DNA of 64,000 bases, from assembly GCA_964270895.1 (NCBI GenBank), contig OZ185440.1; one strand, written 5' to 3'. Both the position numbers and the translations under genes were made by a program. Position 1 is the first letter of the stretch. Each line of letters begins with the position of its first letter. This DNA comes from Podarcis filfolensis (lineage: Eukaryota). The notes beneath the pieces were generated by a model, which was not told the DNA's origin, did not search any database, and worked only from the letters and a program-made list of their open reading frames with translations. Of this stretch, positions 26,854-39,658 are shown piece after piece.

Positions 26854-28871
26854 TAACGTCGTTTCTCCCTTCCTCACAAATACTTAGTTGCACACTGCAT
26901 TTGGTCAAATCTGTCATTCCCAGGGATGTATGCCATATACAGTGCCCAAACCAGGAAATAACCTATCCAGCATAATTCACTGCTGAAAAAGGGGTCAGTC
27001 TTTGTGAATGCTCCAAGTGAACATCCAGAAAGACCCATGGGTTTTGTGACAATTCAAAGCAAATGCTTACAGAACATCTCCCTCCATGGTCGCCTCTCCT
27101 GTTCCCTACCTCAGATCCCCTGAAAAAACATTTTCCTATGTATTGGGGGGGGGGGAATAGACTGGAATCCTGCTCCCAGAAATCTAGTCTTCCATATATG
27201 CATTATTATTATTTTTGTAAGGGGTAGCATTCAGTCCATGCCTGCAGTTGGTCAATGACCATCAAGCCCTAAAGACTTCAAGTTTAAAACAACAGAGCAA
27301 ACACAACCACTTGCACACGCAAGTATCTCATGCGTCCAATTGTTGTACTTCTGCAGAAATGTCTGAAAGAGGCTTGCCTATCTTCAGATATACATCTAAC
27401 TCGTGAAACTTGGCTGAACAAGTCTTCTTTGGAAATTACAGCAGCAGTGCAATAACCAGAAATTTTATTGGAGAAAAGGGAGCCAGTGGCTGAGCTTGGT
27501 GTAATGTCCAAATATGGGGAGGCCTTCTGCACTCTGTCATGCCAAAACCTCTGTCAAGAGAACTGTGGGACGCAAGAGGCAGAAATAAGAAGCTGATTAC
27601 TGGATATTACAAAAATGGGTGCTTTGCAGTTTAGAGAGTTAACCAACAAATACAGTATTGGGAGGTGGGAGACATTACATAGGTGGATGATGAGAATCAC
27701 TTCTGGGAATACTAGGTATGTCATATTTACAACTAATCTCCATTCTTGAGATATTTGCAACTCCAGTTATTATACACCACTATAAACACTTGCAAGCAAA
27801 GTTCTCTAAAACCAAATGAGGTAATAAAAATGTCCCTGTGCAGGGATATTTTTATGCCCAATCAAGTCTAAAGCAGAAAACTGGCAATGCTTTTGATAAA
27901 GCACCATGAGTCAGGATATTGCAGTTTGGTACTTGGTGTCTATAATTTTGGATGAATGGTTTTGCTTTTTTTCTACACAAAAAACCCTTGCTAATAATTA
28001 AATATCAAAAATAGCTTTTTCAGGTATGCTGATTGCTTAAATTAACAAAAGTCAGACTACTCATGCCAAATAAAAATAAAAAGTGTACCATAATGACAAT
28101 TTATTTTAGTAAAATGATTATATGTTGTATTCCTTTACAGCTGCTTCTAATGAGGGACAAACAGAAATTTCACCCTCCTAAACACTTTAGAGCATCACTT
28201 AACTTTACTGTGCTTCCCTTGTAGTGTTCCGTTGATCAACGATACCCAAATCTATTAACCAATATTTCATTATCACGCCTAGAGGAAGAGCAATAATGCT
28301 TTGCACTGCCACCCAGAAAATCTAGTCTGGACATTTAGGAAAGGATGCTAGCCATAATAAAGACTTGATTTGCACAAGTGATTTCATACATTTGGGTCAG
28401 AATAAAAGAAATAACATACTACAGGCAAACATTTTGGACAGTTTGAGTTCTTAAGCATGTCAGTATAATAGAGTAGATAGATGGGGTATTACCAGAGAGA
28501 ATTGTGTTCAAATTCCACATCTGTCATGAATATCGTGAATATAACCCTCCTGAGTTCTTGTGAAGATCAGTATATAAGACCATATAAGCTGTCCTGAAGG
28601 CGGTAAAAGTAGGTTGGGATGCAAATGTGATAGAGAAATAAACATTTCTCTAATTTCATGCAGGTTATTTTCAGTTCAGCTGGACATCAACTTTACTTAA
28701 AACCACAAGCACTTGATTATGTTAAGAATTACCTCCTCGTTGTTGCTTCCTGTTGTCAGCTTCTTCCTGCAGCTTTCTTTCACACCTTGCTTGTTGCTGC
28801 ATCACTGTAACGCAGAACTGTGGGCACTTTTGCATTTGTCAAAACAGTGCCAAGCATGGTGGTGCCGAGCC

Positions 28872-28873
<2 letters not shown>

Positions 28874-28926
<53 letters not shown>
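28874..28926. repeat. (TG)26 microsatellite followed by a short (CAG)n run
   Basis: Read directly; the CAG run is at about 28937-28951. Confidence 0.95.
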
Positions 28927-28927
<1 letters not shown>

Positions 28928-30143
28928 GGGGTAGGAGCAGCAGCAGCAGCACCCTCCTGGCAGTTGCAGCGGGGCGTTTACCAAGATGGGGCATGATGAG
29001 GCCAAAAGAGCTCCAAATTGGTTGCTGCCACCAATCTGGAAAGTGTGAATACTATTTAGAATCAGTTTAGGTTACTCTCTTTTTAGCTTCTCTAATGGCT
29101 TAAAGGGGAAATGTGTATGTAAATATGAAGAGGACAGGAACCTGGATATCATGGGCAATATACTGCCTACATTCTAGCACATATACAAGTTTATGAGCTG
29201 AATATATGACAAAGCAGAATCTGAAGCCAGGTTGCTTGGAACCATTATACAATGCCTCTCCTTTTTATTCTGGATTATCTATCTCCTACTACTGTAACAT
29301 CATAACATACGATTCTACTACCAATACAGTATACCTTGTCTTCTTCGTTTTCTCTTTGATCTGCTTATCCCCAGGCTGTGAGTTGCTTTGGATAATACCT
29401 TGTTGTACAGGACAGGATGCAGACATTTCCCATACTTCCTGTTCATCTGTGACATTGTCACACCCAATATTCACCCCCCCCCCCCCACCTGGAAGATGTG
29501 CAAGCTCCTCACATACACACAGTTTTTGCATGTCCCTGGTAATAAAAGTAACAAAGTTCATATTTGAGACATGATAATGTTGTGTAAGAACAGGAAGCAC
29601 AGGGAGATTGTGCATCCTGTTCCTGCATATCAATATACCAGCCGAAACAGCTCAAAGAATCTTCTGTCCTTGTTTGTTTTAGTTCACACATGGAAAACTG
29701 GACAGTTATTTTCTTTTATTGGGGATTTAACAGACTGTAAGTTTGAGATCTGAACAAAAGAAGGAACATTTCTGAAGCAGATGCTTTGATGACCATCAGA
29801 CTCATACATTACATTTAGGCACTACAAGCACTTGGACTTAAAAGCACCAGACGTTTACGTACTCTACTCCCATTAGTAATAACAGTGGTTAGAATGCATG
29901 TGGTATTTTCACCCAGTGCTTCAAAAAGATAGGAAAATAGTGTGGATCAAACTTCTTCTATTAAGGATTTGTAGTTTAATGGAAACACTCTGTCCCTTTT
30001 AAATGGAGTGTAGTTCTATGTACAAACATTACAGATATGGAAAACTGGGGTTTAGTCTGATTTCATTATATATACCTTTCCAGTATTATTCCTTAATTTC
30101 AGATCTTACATGTTTGGAATGAACGACCATCACTAAGTCTGCA

Positions 30144-30212
30144 ATCCTATAAGACCCACTGAAACTGAATGAGACTTACTTCTGAGTAGACATATGCAAG
30201 ATTGTGCTGTTA
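30144..30212. mobile_element. Ancient short palindromic DNA-element remnant (similar remnants near 56048-56130 and 57105-57190)
   Basis: The motif ctgcaatcct ... gacttacttctgagtagacatatgcaagattgtgc recurs at the other positions (gacttatttctgagtaaacatgcatagg; ttctgagtagacatgtgcag). Confidence 0.55.
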
Positions 30213-31020
30213 ATGAATGGTACTACAGACTAATGATGTGTAATCAAGAGAAAAATCAAAACTAATACCCTGTAAACACATAGCATATAACACCAATTAT
30301 ATGTTTTAAATTAAGTTTTATAGGAATAGAACTGCAGTTCAACTCTGGTCAGCTGGTTCACTATTATTAATTCACTATAATCTTTGGTTTACTAAATTCA
30401 CACATTGTATGATTAAATTATGAGTTAAAAGCAGAGACTGTACTAAGCAATTGTTCCTAAGAACAATGCAAGAAAACCAATAGTTAATAATGTTAAATTG
30501 GGACCAATGAGTGGGTAGGTATTAAATTATTTCAATGCACCACAATTTTCTTCAGGTAGACTAAAATTTATTACGTTAAATAATGACAAGTTATAACAAG
30601 ATAATACAGGACTTAAAACATTTAGCAATATCATAACCGTCTGTAACTATAAACACCTCTAGCAGACAGCTTATCAAAAGTAAATGCCATCATAAAGAGA
30701 TCAACTTCCAAAAAAGGGTTTGTACTTGCATAGGATGAAAAACACATACCTCCCTTTAGACATAAACACTGAAAAAGCCCTGTGATTATGTTTTGATTTT
30801 TAATATACTAAGCCCCAATTCTTAATCCATTCATTTTTATTACCTTGATATGGTACCTTGAACGGAATTAATCAGAAATGAAGTGGAATAAATGTGATTA
30901 GATGTTATTCAGGCCAGTTCACATGGCAAGAAGGTTTTTGAAAAGCAGTCTAACCAGGTCAGTGGTTGCACAGACACTATAATCAGTTACGGAAAGGATC
31001 AATACTTCATTAACATATAT

Positions 31021-31070
31021 GAGAGGGAGGGAGGGAGGGAGGGAGGGAGGGAGAGAGAGAGAGAGAGAGG
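31021..31070. repeat. (GGGA)7(GA)n polypurine tract
   Basis: Read directly. Confidence 0.95.
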
Positions 31071-31494
31071 CTGCTACCCTATCCATTCAGTGAACTGATT
31101 TTATAACCCTTAAGGAAAAGGTGCAACTGCAGCTTAATATTAATTAGATTTTTTAAATGGTCAGATCTCATCCCAGAACATCTTTAGAATCAGCAGTCTC
31201 AAATAGTAAGGAAGTCTCGGTAAGGAAGTACCAACAGATGCTAGGCAAAGCACAGACTCCTCCTTTATCCACTCTGCATTCAGCAAATCTTTTGTGTATA
31301 TCTTGTTCAGGCCAGAAGCTGAAAGAATCAGCTTTACATCCTAACTCTGCAGGATTAAGAACTGTATGACTTTACCAAATAGTCAGTCAAAAATTTCACT
31401 TTCCTAGGATGTTTCCTGCTTCATCCTATCGTGGGGAGGCCAATACTAAATTCTACCAACTGCATTGTGTTTTGGGGTGAATGGGGTTGGCTTT

Positions 31495-32081
31495 GGCTCA
31501 GTTCACACATGCAGCCACCAAAATTGGTGGCTAGTTATAAGACGTCTGCATAGACACAGGTCCATATAGTAAGCCATATGTGTGAAGTAACCAGGCCTTC
31601 TTGCAACCCTGGAGGCTTTGTCATGCCTGAACCGCATGGAAAACCACTTCACACAATCAATCAATTTTATTTATTTAATTTGTATACCGCCCTTCATTCG
31701 AAGATCACATGGTGGTTCACAATATAAAAATACAAAATGAGAACACAAAATACATCTTTAAAAAAGAGCAAAAACAAACCACTAACCTCCCTCCCACAAA
31801 CCCATGTTGATCAGCCAAAGGCCTGGTTACAAAGCAGTGTTTTAACCTGGTGCCTAAAGATATGTAATGAAGGCGCCCGGCAAACCTCCCTAGGGAGAGC
31901 ATTCCACAAATGGGGAGCTACTGCAGAAAAGGCCCTTTCTCACATTACTACCCTAGTCTGGACCTCTATTGGAGGAGGCACTTGAAGAAGGACATCAGAT
32001 GATTACAGTACATGGATTGCCAATGAGGAGCTGTGCCACAAGCAGCCATTCAAACAGATGTCTGCATGTGTGAATTGAGCC
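31495..32081. mobile_element. PIF/Harbinger-like MITE interrupted by an L2 insertion
   Basis: TIR ggctcagttcacacatgcag / ctgcatgtgtgaattgagcc (19/20), GGC termini, 3-bp flanks ttt/att. The superfamily call rests on the termini only. Confidence 0.65.
31654..32003 (-). mobile_element. L2 LINE 3' fragment
   Basis: Minus strand 31936-31811 translates RAFSAVAPHLWNALPREVCRAPSLHIFRHQVKTLLCNQAFG*, the typical L2 ORF2 C-terminus. It is followed by a 3' UTR and an A-rich/(aaat)n tail (attttatttatttaatttgtataccgccc on +). Confidence 0.85.
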
Positions 32082-32404
32082 ATTGTTTCACCTTAAATCT
32101 CTTAGCCAACCTGCCAGAATGCTGCACTAGATGTGGCAGCACAAGCTACTACTTAAAGTGTTCCTATATCTCAACAGGACAAGGCTGCCTGTTACATTAA
32201 GTATAGGGAGGCCCATACCAAGTTCTCCTTGTCTTCCTTCTTCCTTTGGGGAAGGTATTATTTTGATAAAAGTATCAGATGGCCTGATTTAGAAGTAAGT
32301 GAGAATCTGCAGGGAACACTTTTACTTATTTCAGGAGCCTTTGATCAAACTCTAACTTTATTCTGGGCAGTATATTCATTACAAACTAGAGGTTTGTTTC
32401 TCTC

Positions 32405-32640
32405 CCAGTGTGGCGTAGTGGTTAAGAGCAGTGGACTCGTAATCTGGTGAACAGGGTTCGATTCCCTGCTCTTCCACATGCAGCTGCTGGGTGACCTTGG
32501 GTTAGTCACACTTCTCTGAAGTCTCTCAGCCTCACTCACCTAACAGAGTGTATGTTGTGGGGGAGGAAGGGAAAGGAGATTGTTAGCTGCTTTGAGACTC
32601 CTTAGGGTAGTTATAAAGTGGGATATCAAATCCAAACTCT
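32405..32640 (+). mobile_element. tRNA-derived CORE-SINE (Squam3/Ther1-like), near full length
   Basis: Pol III A box TGGCGTAGTGG (32411-32421) and B box GGTTCGATTCC (32455-32465). MIR-like core gggtgaccttgggttagtcac...tctctcagcctcactcacctaacag. L2-like tail gctgctttgagactcc...gggatatcaaat. Confidence 0.85.
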
Positions 32641-32824
32641 TAGGATCATAGGAATCTGGCATAATGGGTTGGTCAATCCACCTCAGTATTGTTTACTCAG
32701 ACTGGCACTGGCTCCCCAGAGTTCTCAGACAGAAGATATTCCCAGTGCTACCTAAAAATTGAAGGCATTGAGTCTAGGACCTTCTGCATGCAAATGAGAT
32801 ACTCAACCACTGAGCATTTCCCCC
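32641..32824 (-). mobile_element. Old tRNA-Ala-derived SINE with CR1-like tail
   Basis: Minus-strand head ggggaaatgctcagtggttgagtatctcatttgcatgcagaaggtcctagactcaatgcc resembles tRNA-Ala(TGC); tail ends cctatgatccta. Confidence 0.65.
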
Positions 32825-35800
32825 AAAAGCCTGTGATCAGGTTGTATTAGCAGTCAAAGTATTGTTTCTATAATTGAGCTGCTGCTCTTAAGTTAGGTAT
32901 CTCAGGAGCAATGATCACAAAATTCTTGCTAGTCAAAGGCCATAACCATTACAATAAGATGTACCTAAATGGAAACCTAGTAATAACAGAACATACATCA
33001 GCAATATAAAATAAGAAAAATCAGAAGTACCATAAGCTAACTCAAGAAATAATCACAAAATATAAATGTACAAGACGGAGGTTCCACTGTTCAAAATTAA
33101 CATTTTTCATCTTCACCTACTTCCAATTGTATTCTTCAAGTTCTATAAATTTAAACACACACTTAAAATTAATGTTTTTGGCCCCAGAAGCAGCAAACTG
33201 TTTCATTTCTGCAATTCAGATCCTTTGCTTTTGGAAAAGCCTTTTCTGAGTAAGGATACATGATAGGTGGGATTCAGTATTTGCAATGACCTCAGGAAGT
33301 CTGAAAAAACTTTCAGAATCAAAAGTGGGCCCCAGCCTACAGTGCTATAAACATCTCACTTTAAGAGTTGAGAAAAGAGAAAATAACTCCATTGTACTAT
33401 CATTTTAAATACTGAGCTTCAGTTCCTATGAATATTTTTTGAAAGAAAAGATTTCAAACATGATTCTCATGGTCCAACCACTTAATATGATTGGAACTAG
33501 ACTGGCACGCACAGTATTTTTGCTCATACAAAAAAAAAGAAAGAAAATTAATGCTATTTTTGATCAACGAGAAGGCTTCTGTCATCTCTGAATAGTTTTT
33601 AAAAAAGTGTGACAGTTGAATTCCTGTGTCTTGAATTCCTGCAAGATTCCCTCCCAAATTTAACACCTAGTAAGTAAAAGGGGGCATGGCCAAATTGTAA
33701 TAAAAATATTAACCATAGAACTTCAGTTTATTTTATTATGCCTGAAACTTTAAACATAATGGCCTATATTTTCCAAAACACAGTGAAAACACATTTCTCC
33801 ACTGGGGTTCAGCTTCTAAGGCATTTCTTTGTTGCTCTGCTTTCAAGTATTTATGCAAATAAGATGTTAATTAGGGTAATTGTAACTTAAATTATGCTTG
33901 TGTAAACCTCTCCATTGGTAGGGAAGTGTGGGAATCCAGACAACTGGTATTTAAAGCAGCTGTGCTAAACTGTCCTGAAAAGTAAAACATACCAAGATCA
34001 CTTTCATGTCTTTACAATTTGTTTTTATGAGGTGTAACATTTTTTTCAAATACCATCATTTTTGCTTTTTTATATTGCAAGTGACAGTCTGACATTTTAC
34101 AACCAGCTTATTGAAAACAAGAACTGAGCACTCTTGCTGTAACGGACATCAACTACTGAATAGAGATTGAGATGCTAATGAGATGAAAGAAGCTGCAGAA
34201 AGTTTTGATAAATGCTGTACACACTCTTAACCACTAGTGAATATGGGTTAACAACCGCCATCGCCACCACTGTTTGACAAAAAGTAACCCTTTAAGATAA
34301 ATTAATCATAGTGTCAGTACTTAATGGGATGCAAAATCTGAGGGCCATAAAGAATTGCAGCCCCTGTATTCTGCTGTTGCATTTCATGTATAATATTGTT
34401 CCTTGTTTTCATCTGAACTTGTAACAGTGTTCAGAAAGAGAAGAGGGGTCGGGGAAAACAGTGAGCAGCAAAGGCCTGGTTCTCACTTCAAGTTAAAGTA
34501 TATAGTTAATGTTTATCTATGATTTAAAGTGAATGAGCAGTGTGCTGACGCAGAAAAGTCCTCCTTGCTCTAGGTTGCTCCATACCAGGAGCAACAAACC
34601 CACAAGCCTTGGTTTGCTGTACCTCCTGAGTCTGGGCTTGTGGTTTGGGTTACCCACAAGCTGTGAGCCGCAAATAACCAATGCAAAAGATTCATGACTG
34701 AACAACAACAAATATCAGCATAACAATTACGTCAAGGGAAAGCATCGAAGAAAAGCTGCTATAAAATAATGGCACCCTTCAATTAATGTCTTTCATTAGG
34801 GCTTTCCCCACCAGCAGCTATACTGTGCTAGTTTTGCCCTGAAGTCTTTGCTGTGTTCTAAAAATAGGTAACATGAAAATCCAGTATAACTCTCAATTGC
34901 ATTCATATTTTGTAGATGCAATGGTTCAGTCTTCCATCCCGCAAACGTTCCAAGGAGATGGGGCCAAGCATGCACATTTGGACTTCACAGCATCCAGCTT
35001 CAACGTAGGGAATAGCCAGCTGTATTGTGCAAGTACTCTGCTGACTTTTCTTCCGCTGTGCTATGTTGCAGGCAGTTAGCATTCACAATGGAATCAGATT
35101 GATTACTACACATTAGCTCATAGGATTCCAGGAAGTAAAACAGTTCAAGGGATCACATTTCTTAAACCAATGCAAAGTACTACTCTGTTATTTCTTCCTA
35201 AAGTGTCAATCCCCAATATCCTTTTTGGTTTTAGCCAATTTTCATCTTGGCAGGACGTGTAAATCTGCGCACTCGGAAACATTATAGGCTTGCTGGCTGT
35301 CAAAATTTTGTCTTGGCCAATGCCTGAATGGTATTCCTGTCATTTCAACAGAGTAAGAAACTCCTCATCCTGGAATATAGCATGTCCTTAAACATCAAGT
35401 TAAGCCAAGAACGTCAGCCTACTATCTGAATTTGAAATCATTTCTCTCAGTATTATGCAAACAGTCAGCTAATAATACTGGGTTGGTAAATGCAGCAGAA
35501 ACAACCTGGCCCCAGCAAGTTTATGGGCTGATTAAGACCCCTTTAATAAATAAAACATATATCAATCATTGATAAAAAAAGAAACAGCCAATGGGACCAG
35601 AAACCCTATGTCTCCCTTTCACTGACTCCAAACCTTGTAAGCTTAAATTTGTACACCCTTTCAAGCTGATTCGTTGCTATCATATAGTCCTTTGAGACTG
35701 ATTATTTAAACTGATATCTTTGCCCTTCAGCAGGCTCCTTTTTCTTCTTTTTTCTTTTTTAGAAACAGGGGCAGAGTGCGTGCAGAAATTCTAACTCTTA

Positions 35801-35989
35801 AAAAAGGGAACAAGCAGAGAAATGTGTCTGCTGTCGTTTAGAAATAGCCATTTAGCCAAATTGCATACCTGTGCTGTGTCAGCTGTATAGTAGATTCATC
35901 TCATTCCATTGGTCTAATGGATGGCAATTGAATTTAATTAGCAAAACTACTTTGACTTAATCTCATACTGTGCTGAATGTAATGAAATC

Positions 35990-35992
<3 letters not shown>

Positions 35993-36030
<38 letters not shown>
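35993..36030. repeat. (CT)19 microsatellite
   Basis: Read directly. Confidence 0.95.
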
Positions 36031-36033
<3 letters not shown>

Positions 36034-37429
36034 TTCAACTAAAGAATGTCCTTAAACTGCATTCCACTGTAAGAATATTTAAGAGTAACATATATATTAA
36101 GACATATTGTTTCATCTTCCTTTTGTGGGATTTATTGTATCACATAACAAAATAATTTTAGAAAACACTTTGATTGCTAACTGTGGTTAGAATCTAAAAA
36201 GTTTAGGCTCTAAAAAAGTAGAGATTCAATTACTACAGTGCCTCAATTAGAAGCACTTTTAAAATATGAATAAAATGAAAATCCTTTTTGTGGATCAATA
36301 CTTGATATATAATTCCATGTTTCATTCCTGAAGAGGAAGTGAACATTAATAGTCTTCATATAGTTCTCTCAAAAATGCTATATGTATGTTATGTGTGTGC
36401 ACTGATGTATGAAAGTAGTTAATCAAAAGTTAAATTATACTCACTTTTACATAGGTACAATCAAACAACTGTCTGGCTGCACCTGTGAGATGGTGTGTAT
36501 GACTGGATCTGACAAGGAATTAGCTTCCTTGACATTATGAGATGAAGAAGCCCACTTTTTCAGGCTTCCTTAACAGATAAAACAGTCCAGCCCTCCATAA
36601 CTGATTTCATCATAAGGTAATTGTGAAGCAATTCTCCATTGCCAGGGCAGAAAAGGCCTCAAGGGAGCAGTCCAACTTGTCCAATTCTTGCAAGATGTCT
36701 CTTCCTCTGAGACTTGAATGCCAAATATCTTTTCTCTTCTTCTCTTCAGCCTCAATTGAGGTTCATATGAAAGACTTCCACAAAATGCCTTGCTTAGCAG
36801 CCTATTCAATAGTTAAAGTGATCAGGAAGCTCCTCCTAATGTTTAAGCTAACACTAACATTCCTTTGGTCTAAAACCATTGCTTGCCTTTATCTTTGGTG
36901 AACTAGATGGTGAAAAATTTGTGGTTTAGAGAGAACAGCCGTATAACGTCCACACCATGTTTTTCCTTGCACCAGCTATTCAACTGCAGAAATGCATCTG
37001 TCGTCAAAAATGTGATTGCCCAAAATGCTTACATTATCTGAATTCACAAGGCATTTCCTAGTATGTCAGCCTATGTACACTATGCAAGCAGCACTTCTGG
37101 TTTGTATAAAACTTCTGATTATCCAAATAAGTAGCATGCCAAAACCACCTCATTCCACTCTCCCATTAAGCTCCTTGGAAGGCAAGACCTCCATCAACAG
37201 TCAATGCTATTATTTCTGCAGCAGAACATGCATCGCAGAGACCATATATTCAAAGTTACCTTCAGATTACAACACCACAAATTATACACATGGTAATCAC
37301 TATTCTGGTATTTTACACCCCACTTTCTTTTTCTTTTTTAAAAGACTAACCACTTCCACTCTTTCACAGGATAAACAAAAGTACAGTTGAGTCCTTTTTA
37401 ATTTAGAAAAAAACAGTGAGGAGAAGATG

Positions 37430-37810
37430 GATCTGTATAAAATTACAAACAGCATGAAAAAATAGATAGAGAGCAGCTTTTCCTCCCCCCTAATACAAAA
37501 ACCTGGGGACATTAAATGAATATGAGTGCTGGAAAATTGAGGGCAGACAAAATGAAAGTGGAGTTCACTAACACCAGATACATCTATGGCCACCAGCTTT
37601 CAAAGGGGTTTAGACAACTTCATTGATAATAAGGCAGTCAATGACTACTAATCATCATGGTTGGATACTACCTTCAACATTAGAAGAGAGATATCTCTCT
37701 GAACACCAGATGCTGAAGATCACTAGTGGGAAAAGGGTTCCCATAGGCATGTGGTTAGCCAGTGTGAAAATAGAATACTAGATGGGTCTCTGGTCTGATC
37801 CAACAGGATA
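37430..37810 (+). mobile_element. CR1 LINE 3' fragment (degenerate)
   Basis: tgtataaaattacaaacagcatgaaaaaatagatagagag...ggggacattaaatgaa resembles the decayed YKIM.G.EKVDRE...TRGH.MKL C-terminus. The end matches the CR1 3' UTR (ggttagccagtgtgaaaatagaatactagatgggtctctggtctgatccaacagg). Confidence 0.7.
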
Positions 37811-38341
37811 GGTCCATCTAATCCAGAAGGATCCCATTTTTCAGAAAGGTGGCTTATTCATCGGAGAAATCCTGGCCTGGATACCAAGAGCTGCTAGACT
37901 CACAAATGTATTGTAAAATGACATTTTTGACCTTTAACAACTGATTCTAACATCTCAGAAGCTTATTTTGAAACTCTCTATAACTGTGGCGTTGGAGTGT
38001 GAGGCTAAAACCCATTAAGCTTATGAACCAGTTTCACAGTTCCATGGATGATGGCCTTGTAATTACGTTGACAAGTTCTACTAGATCTTTTATAAGAGAA
38101 AACTGCACTTGATAATTTTGCAGAACATCCCAGCTGCCACCATAACTAGCCTCCTCAGCGACTCATTTCTGGGGTAGATCCAGAGTGAACAGGATTCATA
38201 CTAACATTACTCTCCAGTCAGAGAACCAATACACTGCAAAATACACTCATCAGTAGCTAGTCACACATGATATGGCATGTTTCTGGGAATCAACAACTGA
38301 CAGCAACTATGCTAAGGAATGTAACCAGTCCTTAGGCTTTA

Positions 38342-38550
38342 CAGTGGTACCTCGGGTTAAGTACTTAATTTGTTCCAGAGGTCCGTTCTTAACCTGAAGC
38401 ACCACTTTAGCTAATGAGGCCTCCTGCTGTCTCCGCGCCACTGGAGCACAATTTCTGTTCTCATCCTGAAGCAAAGTTCTTAACCCGAAGTTCTATTTCT
38501 GGGTTAGCGGAGTCTGTAACCTGAAGCGTCTGTAACACGAGGTACCACTG
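38342..38550. mobile_element. Tigger/pogo-like MITE (forward, short copy)
   Basis: TA|CAGTGGTACCTCGGGTT ... ACACGAGGTACCACTG|TA. Lacks one internal 17-bp ttaacctgaaactgttc unit. Confidence 0.9.
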
Positions 38551-38704
38551 TAATTGTTTTCTATACAAACATTTCTGCTACACAGCTAAATATTAATAGG
38601 CATATTCCCACCTACAAAGGACTAGATATCTTCCCTTGTTCAGAAACATTTTGAAGGTCAAGACATAAACTTAGTGAGTACAGTGAGACAAATTAAACCT
38701 GCAT

Positions 38705-38780
38705 GTTGTTGTTGTTTAGTCGTGTCCGACTCTTTGTGACCCCATGGACCAGAGCACGCCAGGCACTCTTGTCTTCCACT
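38705..38780 (-). mobile_element. RTE/Bov-B-type 3' end (LINE or Sauria-SINE tail)
   Basis: Minus strand agtggaagacaagagtgcctggcgtgctctggtccatggggtcacaaagagtcggacacgactaaacaacaacaac: the Bov-B-like terminal motif with a (CAA)n tail. Confidence 0.8.
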
Positions 38781-39522
38781 AAATCTAATCTATCTCTTAA
38801 GCATCAGTGTATGATAATTTGAGATGTGGTTTTCACATGCAGCAGATGACATGATAGTATCATTTTACCTGAAGAAGATAGACCATTTTTAATGCTTCCT
38901 TATGTGTGAAATTCCCTGCAACAAATTAGTATGTAAAGGAGCAGGGTTCTATCACAGTGCACTCCCAACTATGCTAGTTTTCTAACTGCAGAAAACTGGG
39001 GAACATTCAACAACAACTCTCACCTTCAGTTTGTAGCTGAATCACTTTCTACTGTATCATAGACCAGACCTTAGCTAGAAGCATTTTAGAACTTTGGCTA
39101 TCAGCCACAAACTAATATGGACTAGTAACAAAATATTGTTTGAATAAACCATTATATGTCCCAAAGAGTTTTGTGTCTACCAAACAATGTTAAAGCTTAT
39201 TCAGTACAAAATAAATTACAAAAAATACTGGAATATTTTCTTTGCTGAAGTTAAAAGTAATTGATGGGGCTGTTCTGTAATAAAAATAAATGATCTAAGA
39301 CCTGCTTGAGTTTAAAAAATCACAATGCTTCTTCTACACAACCTTGGTAATATTTTGTAACAGATATTTGGAACAAATTTGTAGGGAGTAATTATTCTTT
39401 CTCACTATTTTATTGGTTGTTTTATTCTACCCCTCTTTCTAACTGCAGCTTACTTTTAGAAAACTGTTGTGCTGGAATAATAAACAGTTTTTCAGCAGTT
39501 GCCATGCACGTTCCTCTTATTG

Positions 39523-39658
39523 CAGGCATGGCCAAACTTGGCCCCTCAGCTGCTCTGGGACTACAATTCCCATCATTCCTGACCACTGGTCCTGTTAGCT
39601 AGGGATGATGGGAGTTGTAGTACCAAAACAGCTGGAGGGCCAAGTTTGGCCATGCCTA
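39523..39658. mobile_element. hAT-type palindromic MITE
   Basis: TIR caggcatggccaaacttggccc versus gggccaagtttggccatgccta (21/22). Inner arms gactacaattcccatca / tgatgggagttgtagt. TSD tcttattg / tattattg (7/8). Confidence 0.85.

Noticed and set aside
32405-32480. tRNA-like sequence as a real tRNA gene (also 16260-16297, 32760-32824, 51390-51450)
   Set aside because: The stems are broken and each head is fused to a SINE body or LINE-derived tail.
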